DNA from: Candidatus Aenigmatarchaeota archaeon
GTDB lineage: Archaea > Aenigmatarchaeota > Aenigmatarchaeia > QMZP01
Assembly: GCA_043824495.1 (NCBI GenBank)
Contig: JBDRSV010000008.1
Coordinates: forward strand, 1 to 42,995
Direction of reading: 5' to 3'
Length of the DNA stretch: 42,995 nucleotides
Shown: positions 1 to 9,320 of the stretch, one piece after another
How positions within the stretch are numbered: position 1 is the stretch's first letter
Layout of the letters: each line of letters opens with the position of its first letter
Notes under the pieces: model-generated
Databases searched by the model: none
What the model saw: only the letters and a program-made list of their open reading frames with translations
Told to the model about the DNA's origin: nothing
Position numbers and translations under genes: made by a program

Positions 1-54
1 AATTAAATATATATATTCCAGTATACATTTAAACTTTGGTTTCTAACAATAATC

Positions 55-336
55 ATGGATTATTTCATGCAGCTAGGAATAGAATTGATCGTTACAGGTA
101 TAGCTGTTCTTCTCATGCTTAATTTTCTTGGAAGATTCAAAATTCAGAAATCGCTTATATACACACTTGTTTTTCCTTTTCTTCTTTTCACGGTTGGCTT
201 TTCTCTTAGATTGTCGGGCTCTCAGAGTATGATAGATATGGGATATTTCTTCACTGATTTTAGTTTTTTGTTCACATATCTTCTGTTCGGTTCTAGTTTT
301 GTGCTAGGGCAACTGAGATACTGGAAGAAGAATTAA
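55..336 (+). CDS. small hypothetical membrane protein (about 3 TM segments)
   Basis: 93-aa ORF with hydrophobic segments; TATA-like TTTAAA upstream. Confidence 0.7.
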   Translation: MDYFMQLGIELIVTGIAVLLMLNFLGRFKIQKSLIYTLVFPFLLFTVGFSLRLSGSQSMIDMGYFFTDFSFLFTYLLFGSSFVLGQLRYWKKN

Positions 337-379
337 TCGCTCATGGCACTTATTTAAATTGTGATCATTAATTATTTTC

Positions 380-1069
380 ATGGGAAAAGTAGTTGCTATC
401 ACAGGAGCTTACAAAGGCTTGGGCTTAGCTCTAGCTGAACTCTTTGCAAACAAAGGTTACAAACTAGTTCTTGGAGGAAAAGACGAAGAACAATTAAAAA
501 AATCTGCAGAGAAATTAAAACAAACTGAAGTTGTTGTAGTTAAAATGGATGTAGTAAAAAGAAAAGACTGTGAAAAATTTGTTAATACTGCAGAAGAAAA
601 ATTTGGTCGTTTAGATATTCTCATAAATAATGCTGGTGTTCTGAAGAACGGATCTATAGAAGAAGTTACAGAAGACGACATTAAACACACATTTGAAGTA
701 AATACATTCGGACCAATTTACTGTTCTCAAGCCGCAATAAAGATAATGAAAAAACAGGGTAGCGGATATATTCTTAACATAGGTTCAACATCTGCTGTTG
801 ATTATAAGAGCAGCCACATTGCCTATGGATCTTCCAAAGCAGGACTCATTGGATTTACTGGATGCTTGAAAACAGAATTAGAAGGCACAGGCATTCGTGT
901 CTCTATCTTCTCCCCAGGAGGAATTAAAACAGATTTACATAGACTATATCCAGATAGAGACAAAAGTAAATATATGGATCCAAAATTTGTTGCAGATAAG
1001 ATTTTAGAACATATAGAAAATCCTTCTGCTGAGTGGCATGTTACTTTAAGAAGACCTCAAAAGAACTAA
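380..1069 (+). CDS. short-chain dehydrogenase/reductase (SDR)
   Basis: TGAYKGLG Rossmann motif, NNAG, YxxxK (YGSSK). Confidence 0.92.
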   Translation: MGKVVAITGAYKGLGLALAELFANKGYKLVLGGKDEEQLKKSAEKLKQTEVVVVKMDVVKRKDCEKFVNTAEEKFGRLDILINNAGVLKNGSIEEVTEDDIKHTFEVNTFGPIYCSQAAIKIMKKQGSGYILNIGSTSAVDYKSSHIAYGSSKAGLIGFTGCLKTELEGTGIRVSIFSPGGIKTDLHRLYPDRDKSKYMDPKFVADKILEHIENPSAEWHVTLRRPQKN

Positions 1070-1081
1070 TGAAGTGAGAAT

Positions 1082-1621
1082 ATGACATTTGACATCTACA
1101 CACTAGTTGAAGTTATTTGGTTAATTCTTCCAGCTTATGCAGCAAATGGTTTAGTTCCACTTCTAAGGGGTAAGCACCCCGTAGATTTTGGAAAGAAACT
1201 TTTTGGTAAGCCTATTTTTGGTCCTGGAAAAACATGGGAAGCTTTGATTGGCGGTAGCATAATAGGTGTGGTCATAGCTTTCATTCAGATGAATGCATCT
1301 CCTTATCTTCCATGGGAACTTGGAGAAGGCTTGCTCAATATAGTTCCTATGAGTTTGCAGTTAGGTTTCTTACTCGGATTCGGGACTATTGTTGGAGATA
1401 TGGCAGGTTCATTCATTAAGAGAAGACTTGGTTTAAAGAGGGGAGAGTCAGCTCCTATATTAGATCAGGATGATTTTGTTGTAGGAGCTTTAGTTTTCGC
1501 ATCGCTTCTAATTGTTTTAGAATTAGACTGGTGGATTCTTCTATTGGTAATTACACCTGTTCTACATTTGATTGCCAGTATAATAGGATATCTAGCACAT
1601 GTAAAAAAAGAGCCTTACTAA
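1082..1621 (+). CDS. carS: CDP-archaeol synthase (DUF46)
   Basis: LPAYAAN, PVDFGK, GPGKTWE, GDMAGSFIKRRLG, PILDQDDF motifs. Confidence 0.9.
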   Translation: MTFDIYTLVEVIWLILPAYAANGLVPLLRGKHPVDFGKKLFGKPIFGPGKTWEALIGGSIIGVVIAFIQMNASPYLPWELGEGLLNIVPMSLQLGFLLGFGTIVGDMAGSFIKRRLGLKRGESAPILDQDDFVVGALVFASLLIVLELDWWILLLVITPVLHLIASIIGYLAHVKKEPY

Positions 1622-2238
1622 AAACCAGAAGCTTTTTTTACTTCTTCGAAAACTTCCGGTATTGTTTTTTCTCCATTTATTCTGATCCAGTTTCCAAGAA
1701 CATTTTCATTTTCTAGTTTTTCGTAATGTACAACCAACTGTGATTGAAATTCTTTATCTTCTTCGAATCTATCCATTTCTTTTTGTTGACTTTTTCTTGC
1801 CAGAGAAGTGTCAGGTGTTATTTTTAGATAAACAACCATGTCAGCCTTTGTCATATTAAATATTTTTGGTAAAGGCAAACAATCTTCCAAAGAGAATAGA
1901 TGCAATCCCTGGTAAGCCAGTGTTGTTGTGAAGTATCTATCAGCTATCACATAATATCCTTCTTCTAACCACTGCTCTATTTTTTCTACATCTTTTGTCA
2001 TATCAGCAGTATACATCAAGAACTGTGTAATTCTATTCAAATCAAATTTCTTCTTCAAAAAATCATAAATGAAATCTCCTATAGGATTTCCATGTTCTGG
2101 ATAATGGATTGTTTTTGTTTTAATTCCTCTATCTTCCAAGAATTTTACTAATAGGTCGGTCTGTGTTCCTTTTCCACTACCATCTATTCCCTCTATAACA
2201 ATAAATTTTCCTCTCATTGGGAGATAATATGTTAGCAA
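1618..2238 (-). CDS. tmk: thymidylate kinase
   Basis: FIVIEGIDGSGKGTQ P-loop, DRY motif. Confidence 0.93.
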   Translation of the reverse strand: MLTYYLPMRGKFIVIEGIDGSGKGTQTDLLVKFLEDRGIKTKTIHYPEHGNPIGDFIYDFLKKKFDLNRITQFLMYTADMTKDVEKIEQWLEEGYYVIADRYFTTTLAYQGLHLFSLEDCLPLPKIFNMTKADMVVYLKITPDTSLARKSQQKEMDRFEEDKEFQSQLVVHYEKLENENVLGNWIRINGEKTIPEVFEEVKKASGF

Positions 2239-2250
2239 GAATTAAATATC

Positions 2251-2922
2251 TTAAGCTTTTTCTAGGACTTCTAAGATCTTTGGGACCATGATGTCAGGAG
2301 GGCCAATAACTTGCACGTTTTTGAGTAATTGTTTTTCATCGTAGTATTTCTCAAGAGGCTCTGTTTGCTCTCTATATGTTGCTAGTCTGTGCTTGATTAA
2401 GTCTTCTGTTTCATCATTTCTAGAAACTAAATTGCCGCCACATTTATCGCAGATGCCTTCTTTTTCTGGATTTAATGGAGGCATTCTGTATTCATTGTTT
2501 GGTCCGAATCTGATATCTGCAATGTTGTAAATATTACCGCATTTTTCGCATGTTCTTCTTGCAAGAATTTTTCCTATAATCACATGTTCAGGTACTTGCA
2601 AATTAATCACAACATCTATTTGTGTGATTCCACTCAAAGCTTCTGCTTGTGCTATTGTTCTTGGAAAACCATCAAGAATGAATCCCTCTTTACAATCATC
2701 CTGTTCTATTCTTTTCTTGAACATGCCTATGATTAAATCGTCAGGAACCAATCCTCCTGAATCCATGTGAGATTTTGCTTTCATACCTAGTTCTGTATTA
2801 TTTCTCACTTCTTCACGAAGAATATCTCCTGTAGAAATATGAGCCCAACTCTTCTGCTTACCTATTCTAGATGAATAAGTTCCTTTTCCAGATCCAGGTG
2901 GTCCAAGGAAAATAATTTTCAT
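2251..2922 (-). CDS. adk: adenylate kinase, bacterial-type with Zn-binding LID
   Basis: GPPGSGKGT, HISTGDILR, GLVPD, LDGFPRT, CEKC...CDKC, RNDET. Confidence 0.95.
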   Translation of the reverse strand: MKIIFLGPPGSGKGTYSSRIGKQKSWAHISTGDILREEVRNNTELGMKAKSHMDSGGLVPDDLIIGMFKKRIEQDDCKEGFILDGFPRTIAQAEALSGITQIDVVINLQVPEHVIIGKILARRTCEKCGNIYNIADIRFGPNNEYRMPPLNPEKEGICDKCGGNLVSRNDETEDLIKHRLATYREQTEPLEKYYDEKQLLKNVQVIGPPDIMVPKILEVLEKA

Positions 2923-2974
2923 GTTATCACTTGTCTTACTGTTTGATAGAACAAATATAAATAGTTTTGTAAAA

Positions 2975-3529
2975 TCATATCAATTCGTAATCTACAACAA
3001 ACTTATCTATAACTCTGTGAAATTCGTCTACTGTTCTGTTGTTATCGAGTTTATACTCTGCCATTCTGAAAAGATCATCCCAATGGAAATGTACATATTC
3101 ATTTCTTTCTTGCTCTGCAAATTCTCTGAAAGTTTTTGGGTCACCATCTCTTTTTCTTTTCCTCAATCTTTCAAATCTTATTTTATCATCTGCTTCAATA
3201 AAAATAAGCATAAAATCTTTTTCATAATCTTTCTTTATAGGCTCTATGTCTTCTACTCTTCTGATACCATCTATTATCACATGTGTCCATTCGTTTGCTT
3301 TTATTTTCTTCTCAACTTCTTTTCCAAAAAAATCCGCACCGTATTTGTCTCTATACTCTTTCTGTGTTTGATGTAAATTCTCTCTAGTTATCTGTCTCCC
3401 TAAACTAAGAACAAATTCTCTTACAATGTCTCCCATGTTAATTGTTCTGTAACCGTATTTTTTGGTCAAGTGAGAAGCAAATACATCTTTTCCTGATCCT
3501 ATCAGTCCAACAACACCAATAATCTTCAT
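2975..3529 (-). CDS. P-loop NMP-kinase-fold protein (UPF0200/dephospho-CoA-kinase-like)
   Basis: VVGLIGSGKD P-loop, IDGIRR, RFERLRKRKRDGD. Confidence 0.75.
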   Translation of the reverse strand: MKIIGVVGLIGSGKDVFASHLTKKYGYRTINMGDIVREFVLSLGRQITRENLHQTQKEYRDKYGADFFGKEVEKKIKANEWTHVIIDGIRRVEDIEPIKKDYEKDFMLIFIEADDKIRFERLRKRKRDGDPKTFREFAEQERNEYVHFHWDDLFRMAEYKLDNNRTVDEFHRVIDKFVVDYELI

Positions 3530-3550
3530 AATATATAGTTGATTTAGAAT

Positions 3551-4492
3551 TTATTTGGCTTTTAGTAGATGAGCTAGAAAAGCTTCTAGCTGTATATCAT
3601 CACTACCGCCTTGATTCAATCTGAATTCAAATTCACCGATTTTTTCTATTAATTCTATTTTTTTCTCTTCTTTGATGTCTAGGTCAAAAATCTGTTTGTG
3701 AATTTCTTTGATTATATCCATTCCTGTCAAACCCTGATTGATTAGAAGATCATGTAATTTTTTCCTTGCTTCAATGAAATTTCCATTTAGAGAAACTTCT
3801 ATCATCTCTTTGATGTCTTTTGGTTGAGCTCTTGAAACAACATCATAAACCACATCTTTGTCTATCTTACCCAAAGCTGCTGATGATTGTAAAAGATTTG
3901 TTGCTTTTCTCAGATCACCTTCTGATAGTTCGCATATTGCTTTCATTCCATCAGCTGTTATTTCTATTTTTTCTCCTTCCACAATTCTGTTTACGTATCT
4001 TTCTACATCATCTTCTGCAAGATTTCTAAATCTGAATACAACAGTTCTGGACTGAATTGGTTCTATCAATCTAGATGAGTAATTACAAGAAAATATGAAA
4101 CGAGTTGTTTTAGAAAAAGATTCCATTGTTCTTCTAAGAGCTTGTTGTGCTTCAGGTGTTAGAGCGTCACTTTCATCTAAGAATATTATTTTGAAGTTGG
4201 CGCCCATTGGTTTTATTTTTGCGAAGTCTTTGATTTTACCCCTGACGATATCTATCCCTCTTTCGTCTGATGCGTTGTTTTCAGAGAAATTTTGTCTCCA
4301 GTTCTCACCAAATAACTCTTTTGCTAAGGCTAAGGCTACTGTTGTTTTACCTACACCAGCAGAACCAGCAAAAAGCATGTTTGGAACAGATCCTTCTTTT
4401 ACCCATGCTTTTAATCTATCTACCACGTGTCTTTGGTTAACCACATCATCCAATTTCTTTGGTCGATATTTTTCAGTCCAGACTTCTTCCAT
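3551..4492 (-). CDS. rfcS: replication factor C small subunit
   Basis: WTEKYRP, GSAGVGKTT, NASDERGID, LDESD, SRT sensor. Confidence 0.96.
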   Translation of the reverse strand: MEEVWTEKYRPKKLDDVVNQRHVVDRLKAWVKEGSVPNMLFAGSAGVGKTTVALALAKELFGENWRQNFSENNASDERGIDIVRGKIKDFAKIKPMGANFKIIFLDESDALTPEAQQALRRTMESFSKTTRFIFSCNYSSRLIEPIQSRTVVFRFRNLAEDDVERYVNRIVEGEKIEITADGMKAICELSEGDLRKATNLLQSSAALGKIDKDVVYDVVSRAQPKDIKEMIEVSLNGNFIEARKKLHDLLINQGLTGMDIIKEIHKQIFDLDIKEEKKIELIEKIGEFEFRLNQGGSDDIQLEAFLAHLLKAK

Positions 4493-4539
4493 ATTAGCAC
4501 CTAAAGTAAGTTATTAATCTTAGATTTTAATAGTTTTAT

Positions 4540-5019
4540 ATGATCTTAGCAGTATCAGGAACACCCACGACAGGCAAGACGGCCGTATGTAGGTTATTAT
4601 CAAAAAAAATAGACTGGAAATTAATTGAATTAAATGAGTTAGCAAAACAAAAAAAATACTATTGCGGCTTTGATGAAAAAAGAAATTGTGAAATAGTTGA
4701 TGTTGATAAACTGCAAAAAGAAATCAGTAAAATAGAAGGTAACCTAATCATAGAGTCGCACTTTGCGCATGAAATATTTAATGATTTGACAATAATTCTG
4801 AGAACCAATCCCAAAGAATTGAGAGAGAGAATGACAGAAAGGGGATGGGAAGGTAAGAAAATAGAGGAAAATATTCTAGCAGAAATAATGGAAGTCTGTT
4901 TATCAGAAGCTATGGAGTTATCAAGAAAGGTTATTGTTATAGACACTACTAACAAAACTCCAGAAGATACTGTGACTGAAATATTAGAAAAGATTGATTT
5001 AGAGCCCGAAACGCCTTAA
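4540..5019 (+). CDS. AK6/Fap7-family adenylate kinase (UPF0101)
   Basis: SGTPTTGKT P-loop, ESH motif, KIEENILAEI. Confidence 0.85.
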   Translation: MILAVSGTPTTGKTAVCRLLSKKIDWKLIELNELAKQKKYYCGFDEKRNCEIVDVDKLQKEISKIEGNLIIESHFAHEIFNDLTIILRTNPKELRERMTERGWEGKKIEENILAEIMEVCLSEAMELSRKVIVIDTTNKTPEDTVTEILEKIDLEPETP

Positions 5020-5058
5020 AATAAAGAATTTAAGTAGTCCAGTCAATTTACGATTACC

Positions 5059-5895
5059 ATGATCAATACAATCCTACTCCTAGGTACATTGACCGGGATT
5101 TTATTAGTTGTAGGTTTTGCTATTGGAGGATTTATAGGAACAGTAGTAGCTCTAGTAATTGCTCTTTTCATAAATTTCTTTTCATACTGGTATTCAGATA
5201 AAATGGTTTTAGGATTGTATAGGGCTAAGCCACTAGACAATATTAAATTAAAACAAATGATATCAAGGCTTGCTATGGATGCAAAAATACCAGAACCTAA
5301 ACTCTACATAGTGGACACAGAAGTTCCAAATGCTTTCGCAACTGGAAGAAATCCTAGTAATTCTGCAATTGCAATCACAAAAGGATTGCTTCAGCTCACA
5401 GATGATGAATTAGAAGGTGTTATAGCACACGAAATGGCACATGTAAAAAATCACGATGTTCTTGTTTCAACCCTAGCTGCTACCTTAGGAGGAGCAATTG
5501 CTTATGTTGCACACATAGGTTACTGGAGCATGTTCTTCAGTGACGGTAGACAAGGTAATAACAGCTTATTCGGCCTTTTACTAATAGTTATCTTCGCGCC
5601 GCTAGCCGCAATGTTAGTGAGACTAGCTGTCTCTAGATCAAGAGAATATAAGGCAGATTTCACTGGAGTAATGCTCACTAAGAAGCCGCAAGCTCTTGCT
5701 TCTGCACTCAGAAAAATAGAATCAGTTGCGGCTAGACACCCAATGAGAGGATTAAGCGCTACTTCTCATATGTGGATTGTAAATCCATTCAAGAATGACT
5801 GGTTTACAAGACTATTCTCTACACATCCTCCTTTAGGAAAGAGAATACAATATTTAGAGAAATTAGACATCAAGCTCGAGCCACATAAACAATAA
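5059..5895 (+). CDS. htpX: M48 zinc metalloprotease HtpX
   Basis: PNAFATG, HEMAH, SRSREYKAD, FSTHP. Confidence 0.95.
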   Translation: MINTILLLGTLTGILLVVGFAIGGFIGTVVALVIALFINFFSYWYSDKMVLGLYRAKPLDNIKLKQMISRLAMDAKIPEPKLYIVDTEVPNAFATGRNPSNSAIAITKGLLQLTDDELEGVIAHEMAHVKNHDVLVSTLAATLGGAIAYVAHIGYWSMFFSDGRQGNNSLFGLLLIVIFAPLAAMLVRLAVSRSREYKADFTGVMLTKKPQALASALRKIESVAARHPMRGLSATSHMWIVNPFKNDWFTRLFSTHPPLGKRIQYLEKLDIKLEPHKQ

Positions 5896-5984
5896 ATACT
5901 TCAAATGCCTAAAATAGCAGGAAACATCGAAAAGTGGGCAAAAATGTCTTATTTTTCGCCAAAAACACACATGTAGAGACTAAT

Positions 5985-6028
5985 AGAAAGCTTTAAATAC
6001 TCTTAATGTCACTAATAAGTAGTGACAT
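5985..6028 (+). promoter_or_regulatory. BRE/TATA promoter followed by a perfect 9-5-9 palindromic operator
   Basis: AGAAAG, TTTAAATA (5992-5999), then ATGTCACTA-ATAAG-TAGTGACAT (6006-6028); GAGGTGA RBS before 6052. Confidence 0.7.
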
Positions 6029-6051
6029 ATAATATGAGGTGATATATTCCT

Positions 6052-6231
6052 ATGGATGACAAAACAACAAATAGAATATTGGATTTGCAACCTGTTGGCG
6101 GTGAACCTGTTTGTGGTACTTACATAGCAGATGGTCAAAAAATTGGATATGAAATAGATCCCGCATCACAAGAAATTAGATTACATAATCTTGAGGGTGG
6201 ACAACGTTTAACAAGGAAATACCCAATATAA
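6052..6231 (+). CDS. 59-aa hypothetical protein (below the ORF-track cutoff)
   Basis: ATG 6052 to TAA 6231 (MDDKTTNRILDLQPVGGEPVCG...RKYPI); RBS GAGGTGA; promoter upstream. Confidence 0.7.
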   Translation: MDDKTTNRILDLQPVGGEPVCGTYIADGQKIGYEIDPASQEIRLHNLEGGQRLTRKYPI

Positions 6232-6235
6232 GTGT

Positions 6236-6637
6236 GTGATTAGTATGAATTCTACTGAAATTGCAAACGAAATTAAGAAATATGGAAAAGTGTTAAAATT
6301 AGCAGTAGGTGGAACAGGTATTGTAGTAGATTCGTATAACTTACCAGCTGATTTCCTAATCGAACTTTCAGAATATGCCAATGACCCAGAAAGTTGGCTA
6401 AATTTAACCGGAGAATTAGAAAATAAACCTGTTTTCATTTATACAGGATCTGGACACAATTATCTTAGAATGAGCCCCAGAGGTGGTCTTAGACCATATA
6501 CAATAGAAAAGTTAGAACGTGAGCTTGATTTAACAGATGATATTCTTCCTACACCAATAGGACAAACCAGACACGGAGAGGATCTTAGAACGTATTTGAG
6601 AGAGATGAATGCAAAAAATTTTGGTTCAGATCATTAA
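6236..6637 (+). CDS. hypothetical protein
   Basis: 133-aa ORF directly after the 59-aa ORF; no recognised motif. Confidence 0.65.
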   Translation: MISMNSTEIANEIKKYGKVLKLAVGGTGIVVDSYNLPADFLIELSEYANDPESWLNLTGELENKPVFIYTGSGHNYLRMSPRGGLRPYTIEKLERELDLTDDILPTPIGQTRHGEDLRTYLREMNAKNFGSDH

Positions 6638-7300
6638 CTACATGATATCGATTAATTTCTTCATTCCATCGTAATGGCCAGCGCCAATTACGACAACAAT
6701 TTTTTTGAATTTCGTAGATAAGTCTTCTAATTTCTTAACCATGAAAATGTTTCTTTCTGTTAGAAGAACTTTGTATAACTGAGGAAATTCTTCTCTAAGA
6801 ATAGACATAGCGTCATCTATCATGTCTTTTGGGGGAAGTTTAGAAAGATCTATTTTTTGTCTTGATAATTTAGACCAGACAGAACCTATAACAATTCCCT
6901 TTATCAAAAACCAAAAAAGTTTGAGTTTTTCTCCTGTGGTTATTTTTTGAATTCGTAAAAATGTCTGTCTTATGTCACGATCTATGAACGCTATTGTTAA
7001 TTTTTTCTTTTCTGCAATCTTAACAGCTTGCATCATTTCAGATCCAGGAAGTATTCCTGTTTTCTTACCTAACCAATTTTGTAGTTTTTTCATTGTCCAA
7101 TAAACCAGAAAACTACTAAATCCTATGTTTTTCAAAACTTCTGAATCAGAAGCTCCTTCTCCCTTTCTCTGCGCGAAGAACCTGTTTATATCAAGTTCTA
7201 CAGCAACACAATCAGGTTCTTCTTTCTCTATCACGCTCTCTACTTTCTTGACACTCTCAGAAGCTATGTGAGAAGTAGGAACAAGTATGATTTTGGCCAT
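6638..7300 (-). CDS. TraB/PrgY/GumN family protein
   Basis: LVPTSHIA, PDCVAVELD, GSEM, IDRDI, ERN, VIGAGH. Confidence 0.88.
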   Translation of the reverse strand: MAKIILVPTSHIASESVKKVESVIEKEEPDCVAVELDINRFFAQRKGEGASDSEVLKNIGFSSFLVYWTMKKLQNWLGKKTGILPGSEMMQAVKIAEKKKLTIAFIDRDIRQTFLRIQKITTGEKLKLFWFLIKGIVIGSVWSKLSRQKIDLSKLPPKDMIDDAMSILREEFPQLYKVLLTERNIFMVKKLEDLSTKFKKIVVVIGAGHYDGMKKLIDIM

Positions 7301-7343
7301 AACGTATTATTTAAATACTGGACTTTTATAGAATAATACAAAT

Positions 7344-7524
7344 GCCGAGGTGGCTGAATGGCTAAAGCGCCAGACTTGAATCCAGATATTATGATGATCC
7401 TTCCACTGTGGAAGAGGTTAAATGACTAGTTGGCTTGACTCGGATCCGGCGGGTTATGAAGAGTTACCCTGGAAATATATCTGGTGTCCGCAAGGACATG
7501 CAGGTTCAAATCCTGTCCTCGGCG
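7344..7524 (+). tRNA. tRNA-Ser(UGA) with a 98-nt intron at 37/38 (7381-7478)
   Basis: GCCGAGG/CCTCGGC acceptor, CCAGA/TCTGG anticodon stem, long variable arm TGTCC-GCAA-GGACA, TTCAAAT T-loop, G73; relaxed BHB with CCAG/CTGG outer helix. Confidence 0.92.
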
Positions 7525-7528
7525 TTTT

Positions 7529-8434
7529 TTATTTTTTCACTCTTAGAATATGCAATGTGTGATATTCTGGAACAGTTGGCTGATCACTTCCTAAATGAAT
7601 TACCTTTTCTTGAACGAAACCGTTTTCTTCGAATATTTTTTTCCACCCTTCTGGTGTGTTGAAATTGAATGGAACATTTACCTTTGTTTTTGGATCTTCA
7701 GAGAAGTGTATAATTCTATTATAGAAATGATCAAAAAATATGTTTACCTTTCTCTGTTTTTCCGCATCCAATTCTAGATAACTTTTTACTTTCTCTCTTT
7801 CTTCTGCTAGAAGTTCTTTACCATCAACACCGTAAACAGATTCTATTACAAGAACTCTTCCATTGTTCTTTGTTACCCTATGAGATTCTTTTAGTGTTTT
7901 GATAGGCACATCACTGTGATGGAACACTGTTAAGTCTAGAGTGTTTTCAAATGAGTCGTCTTCAAACGGTATGTCATCAGTTGACCCAAACAATTTGAAT
8001 TGTAATACTGTTTTTTTAACATATGAATGTTCGTATACATCAGATAGTATTACTTTAAAGTTTTTGGAAAGAAGTTCACCCAATCTTCCATCACCACAAC
8101 CAAGATCTAGTATAGAACCTTTCAAAACAAAATCTTTAACTTGACTATACATTATCTGTGCTCTATTATCTAGCTTTTTTGGTATTTCTTTTGTTACACC
8201 TTCTCTTTCCAAAATTTCATGAGCAGATTTTTCATATTCAACAATAGATGAATATTTTTTTGCTAAAGTCAAACATTCATCAATTATTTTTTCTGTTTTT
8301 GTTGGACTTATGCCTAAATGGTGTAGAATAGGGGAAATCATATCTCTAATTACAGTTCTTATAGACCCGTCTTGTACCACATCTTTAATTTCATATATTT
8401 CCAATCCGAAAGCGTTTCTTGCCATATTAATCAC
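7529..8434 (-). CDS. class I SAM-dependent methyltransferase
   Basis: ILDLGCGDG motif I, IPFEDDSF, VFHH. Confidence 0.85.
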   Translation of the reverse strand: MINMARNAFGLEIYEIKDVVQDGSIRTVIRDMISPILHHLGISPTKTEKIIDECLTLAKKYSSIVEYEKSAHEILEREGVTKEIPKKLDNRAQIMYSQVKDFVLKGSILDLGCGDGRLGELLSKNFKVILSDVYEHSYVKKTVLQFKLFGSTDDIPFEDDSFENTLDLTVFHHSDVPIKTLKESHRVTKNNGRVLVIESVYGVDGKELLAEEREKVKSYLELDAEKQRKVNIFFDHFYNRIIHFSEDPKTKVNVPFNFNTPEGWKKIFEENGFVQEKVIHLGSDQPTVPEYHTLHILRVKK

Positions 8435-8478
8435 CTCTAAGTAAATAAAACTTGAATTTCTGATATATAAATATTCTC

Positions 8479-8494
8479 TTCCCCTAGGGGGGAA
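8479..8494. promoter_or_regulatory. GC palindrome between divergent promoters, candidate TrmB-type operator
   Basis: TT-CCCCTAGGGG-GGAA in an AT-rich spacer between TATA-like elements. Confidence 0.45.
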
Positions 8495-8525
8495 AGCTTA
8501 TAAGCACGGCTTCTAAACGGTATAT

Positions 8526-9284
8526 ATGGACGTCGAACCCCTCAGAAAACTTGGCCTAACAGAAGGAGAAATAAAAGTTTACTTAGCTCTTTTACGTTTA
8601 GGTGAAACCACTTCAGGACCAATTGTAGATGAATCTAGAGTTTCAGTGTCTAAGGTTTATACTATTCTAAATCGACTTTCTCAAAAAGGTTTAGTAAGTC
8701 ATATTGTAAAAAGAAAGACAAAATATTTCATACCCGCAGATCCTGATAGACTTGTTGTTTATCTTCAAGAGAAAAAGGAAGAGATGAAAGAACAAGAAAA
8801 AAAATTGAATGAAATGTTACCGCTTCTGAAATTAGAACATGATACAGCAATTACAAAAGAAACCGCTCAAATCTATGATGGTATGAAAGGTATACAAACT
8901 GCTAGAGAAAGAACATTGAAAATAATGAATAAAGGGGATCAGATGTGGATCATTGGAATTGCAAAAACTGCATATGAAGGTTACATGACATCTTATTTTA
9001 AGGATTACCATAAGAGACGACATCAGAAAGGAATAAGATGTAGATATTTGTATAATGAATCAGCAAAAAAACCTTATGGAAAAACATCAACAAAATATCC
9101 TTTAAGCGAAGTTAGATACATGCCTGATGGATTAGTTACTCATGCATGGATGGAAATATATGCAGACACAGTTACAATTGGTATCAATAAAGGAAAATCA
9201 TTTTCAGTTGTAATACAAAATCAAGAAGTTGCAAATTCTTTCAAGATATATGCTCAGCTGTTATGGAGTATGGCAAAGAAATAA
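8526..9284 (+). CDS. TrmB-family transcriptional regulator
   Basis: LRKLGLTEGEIKVYLALL...SKVYTILNRLSQKGLV wHTH plus C-terminal effector domain. Confidence 0.88.
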   Translation: MDVEPLRKLGLTEGEIKVYLALLRLGETTSGPIVDESRVSVSKVYTILNRLSQKGLVSHIVKRKTKYFIPADPDRLVVYLQEKKEEMKEQEKKLNEMLPLLKLEHDTAITKETAQIYDGMKGIQTARERTLKIMNKGDQMWIIGIAKTAYEGYMTSYFKDYHKRRHQKGIRCRYLYNESAKKPYGKTSTKYPLSEVRYMPDGLVTHAWMEIYADTVTIGINKGKSFSVVIQNQEVANSFKIYAQLLWSMAKK

Positions 9285-9320
9285 TCTTAGCTATTTAGTC
9301 TCTGGAAATAATTATATAAT

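Noticed and set aside
2921-3376. Antisense or overlapping ORFs in the track (e.g. 2921-3376, 4095-4517, 28311-28799, 35358-35762, 37640-38071)
   Set aside because: They are shadows of well-supported genes on the other strand or frame, with no motifs.
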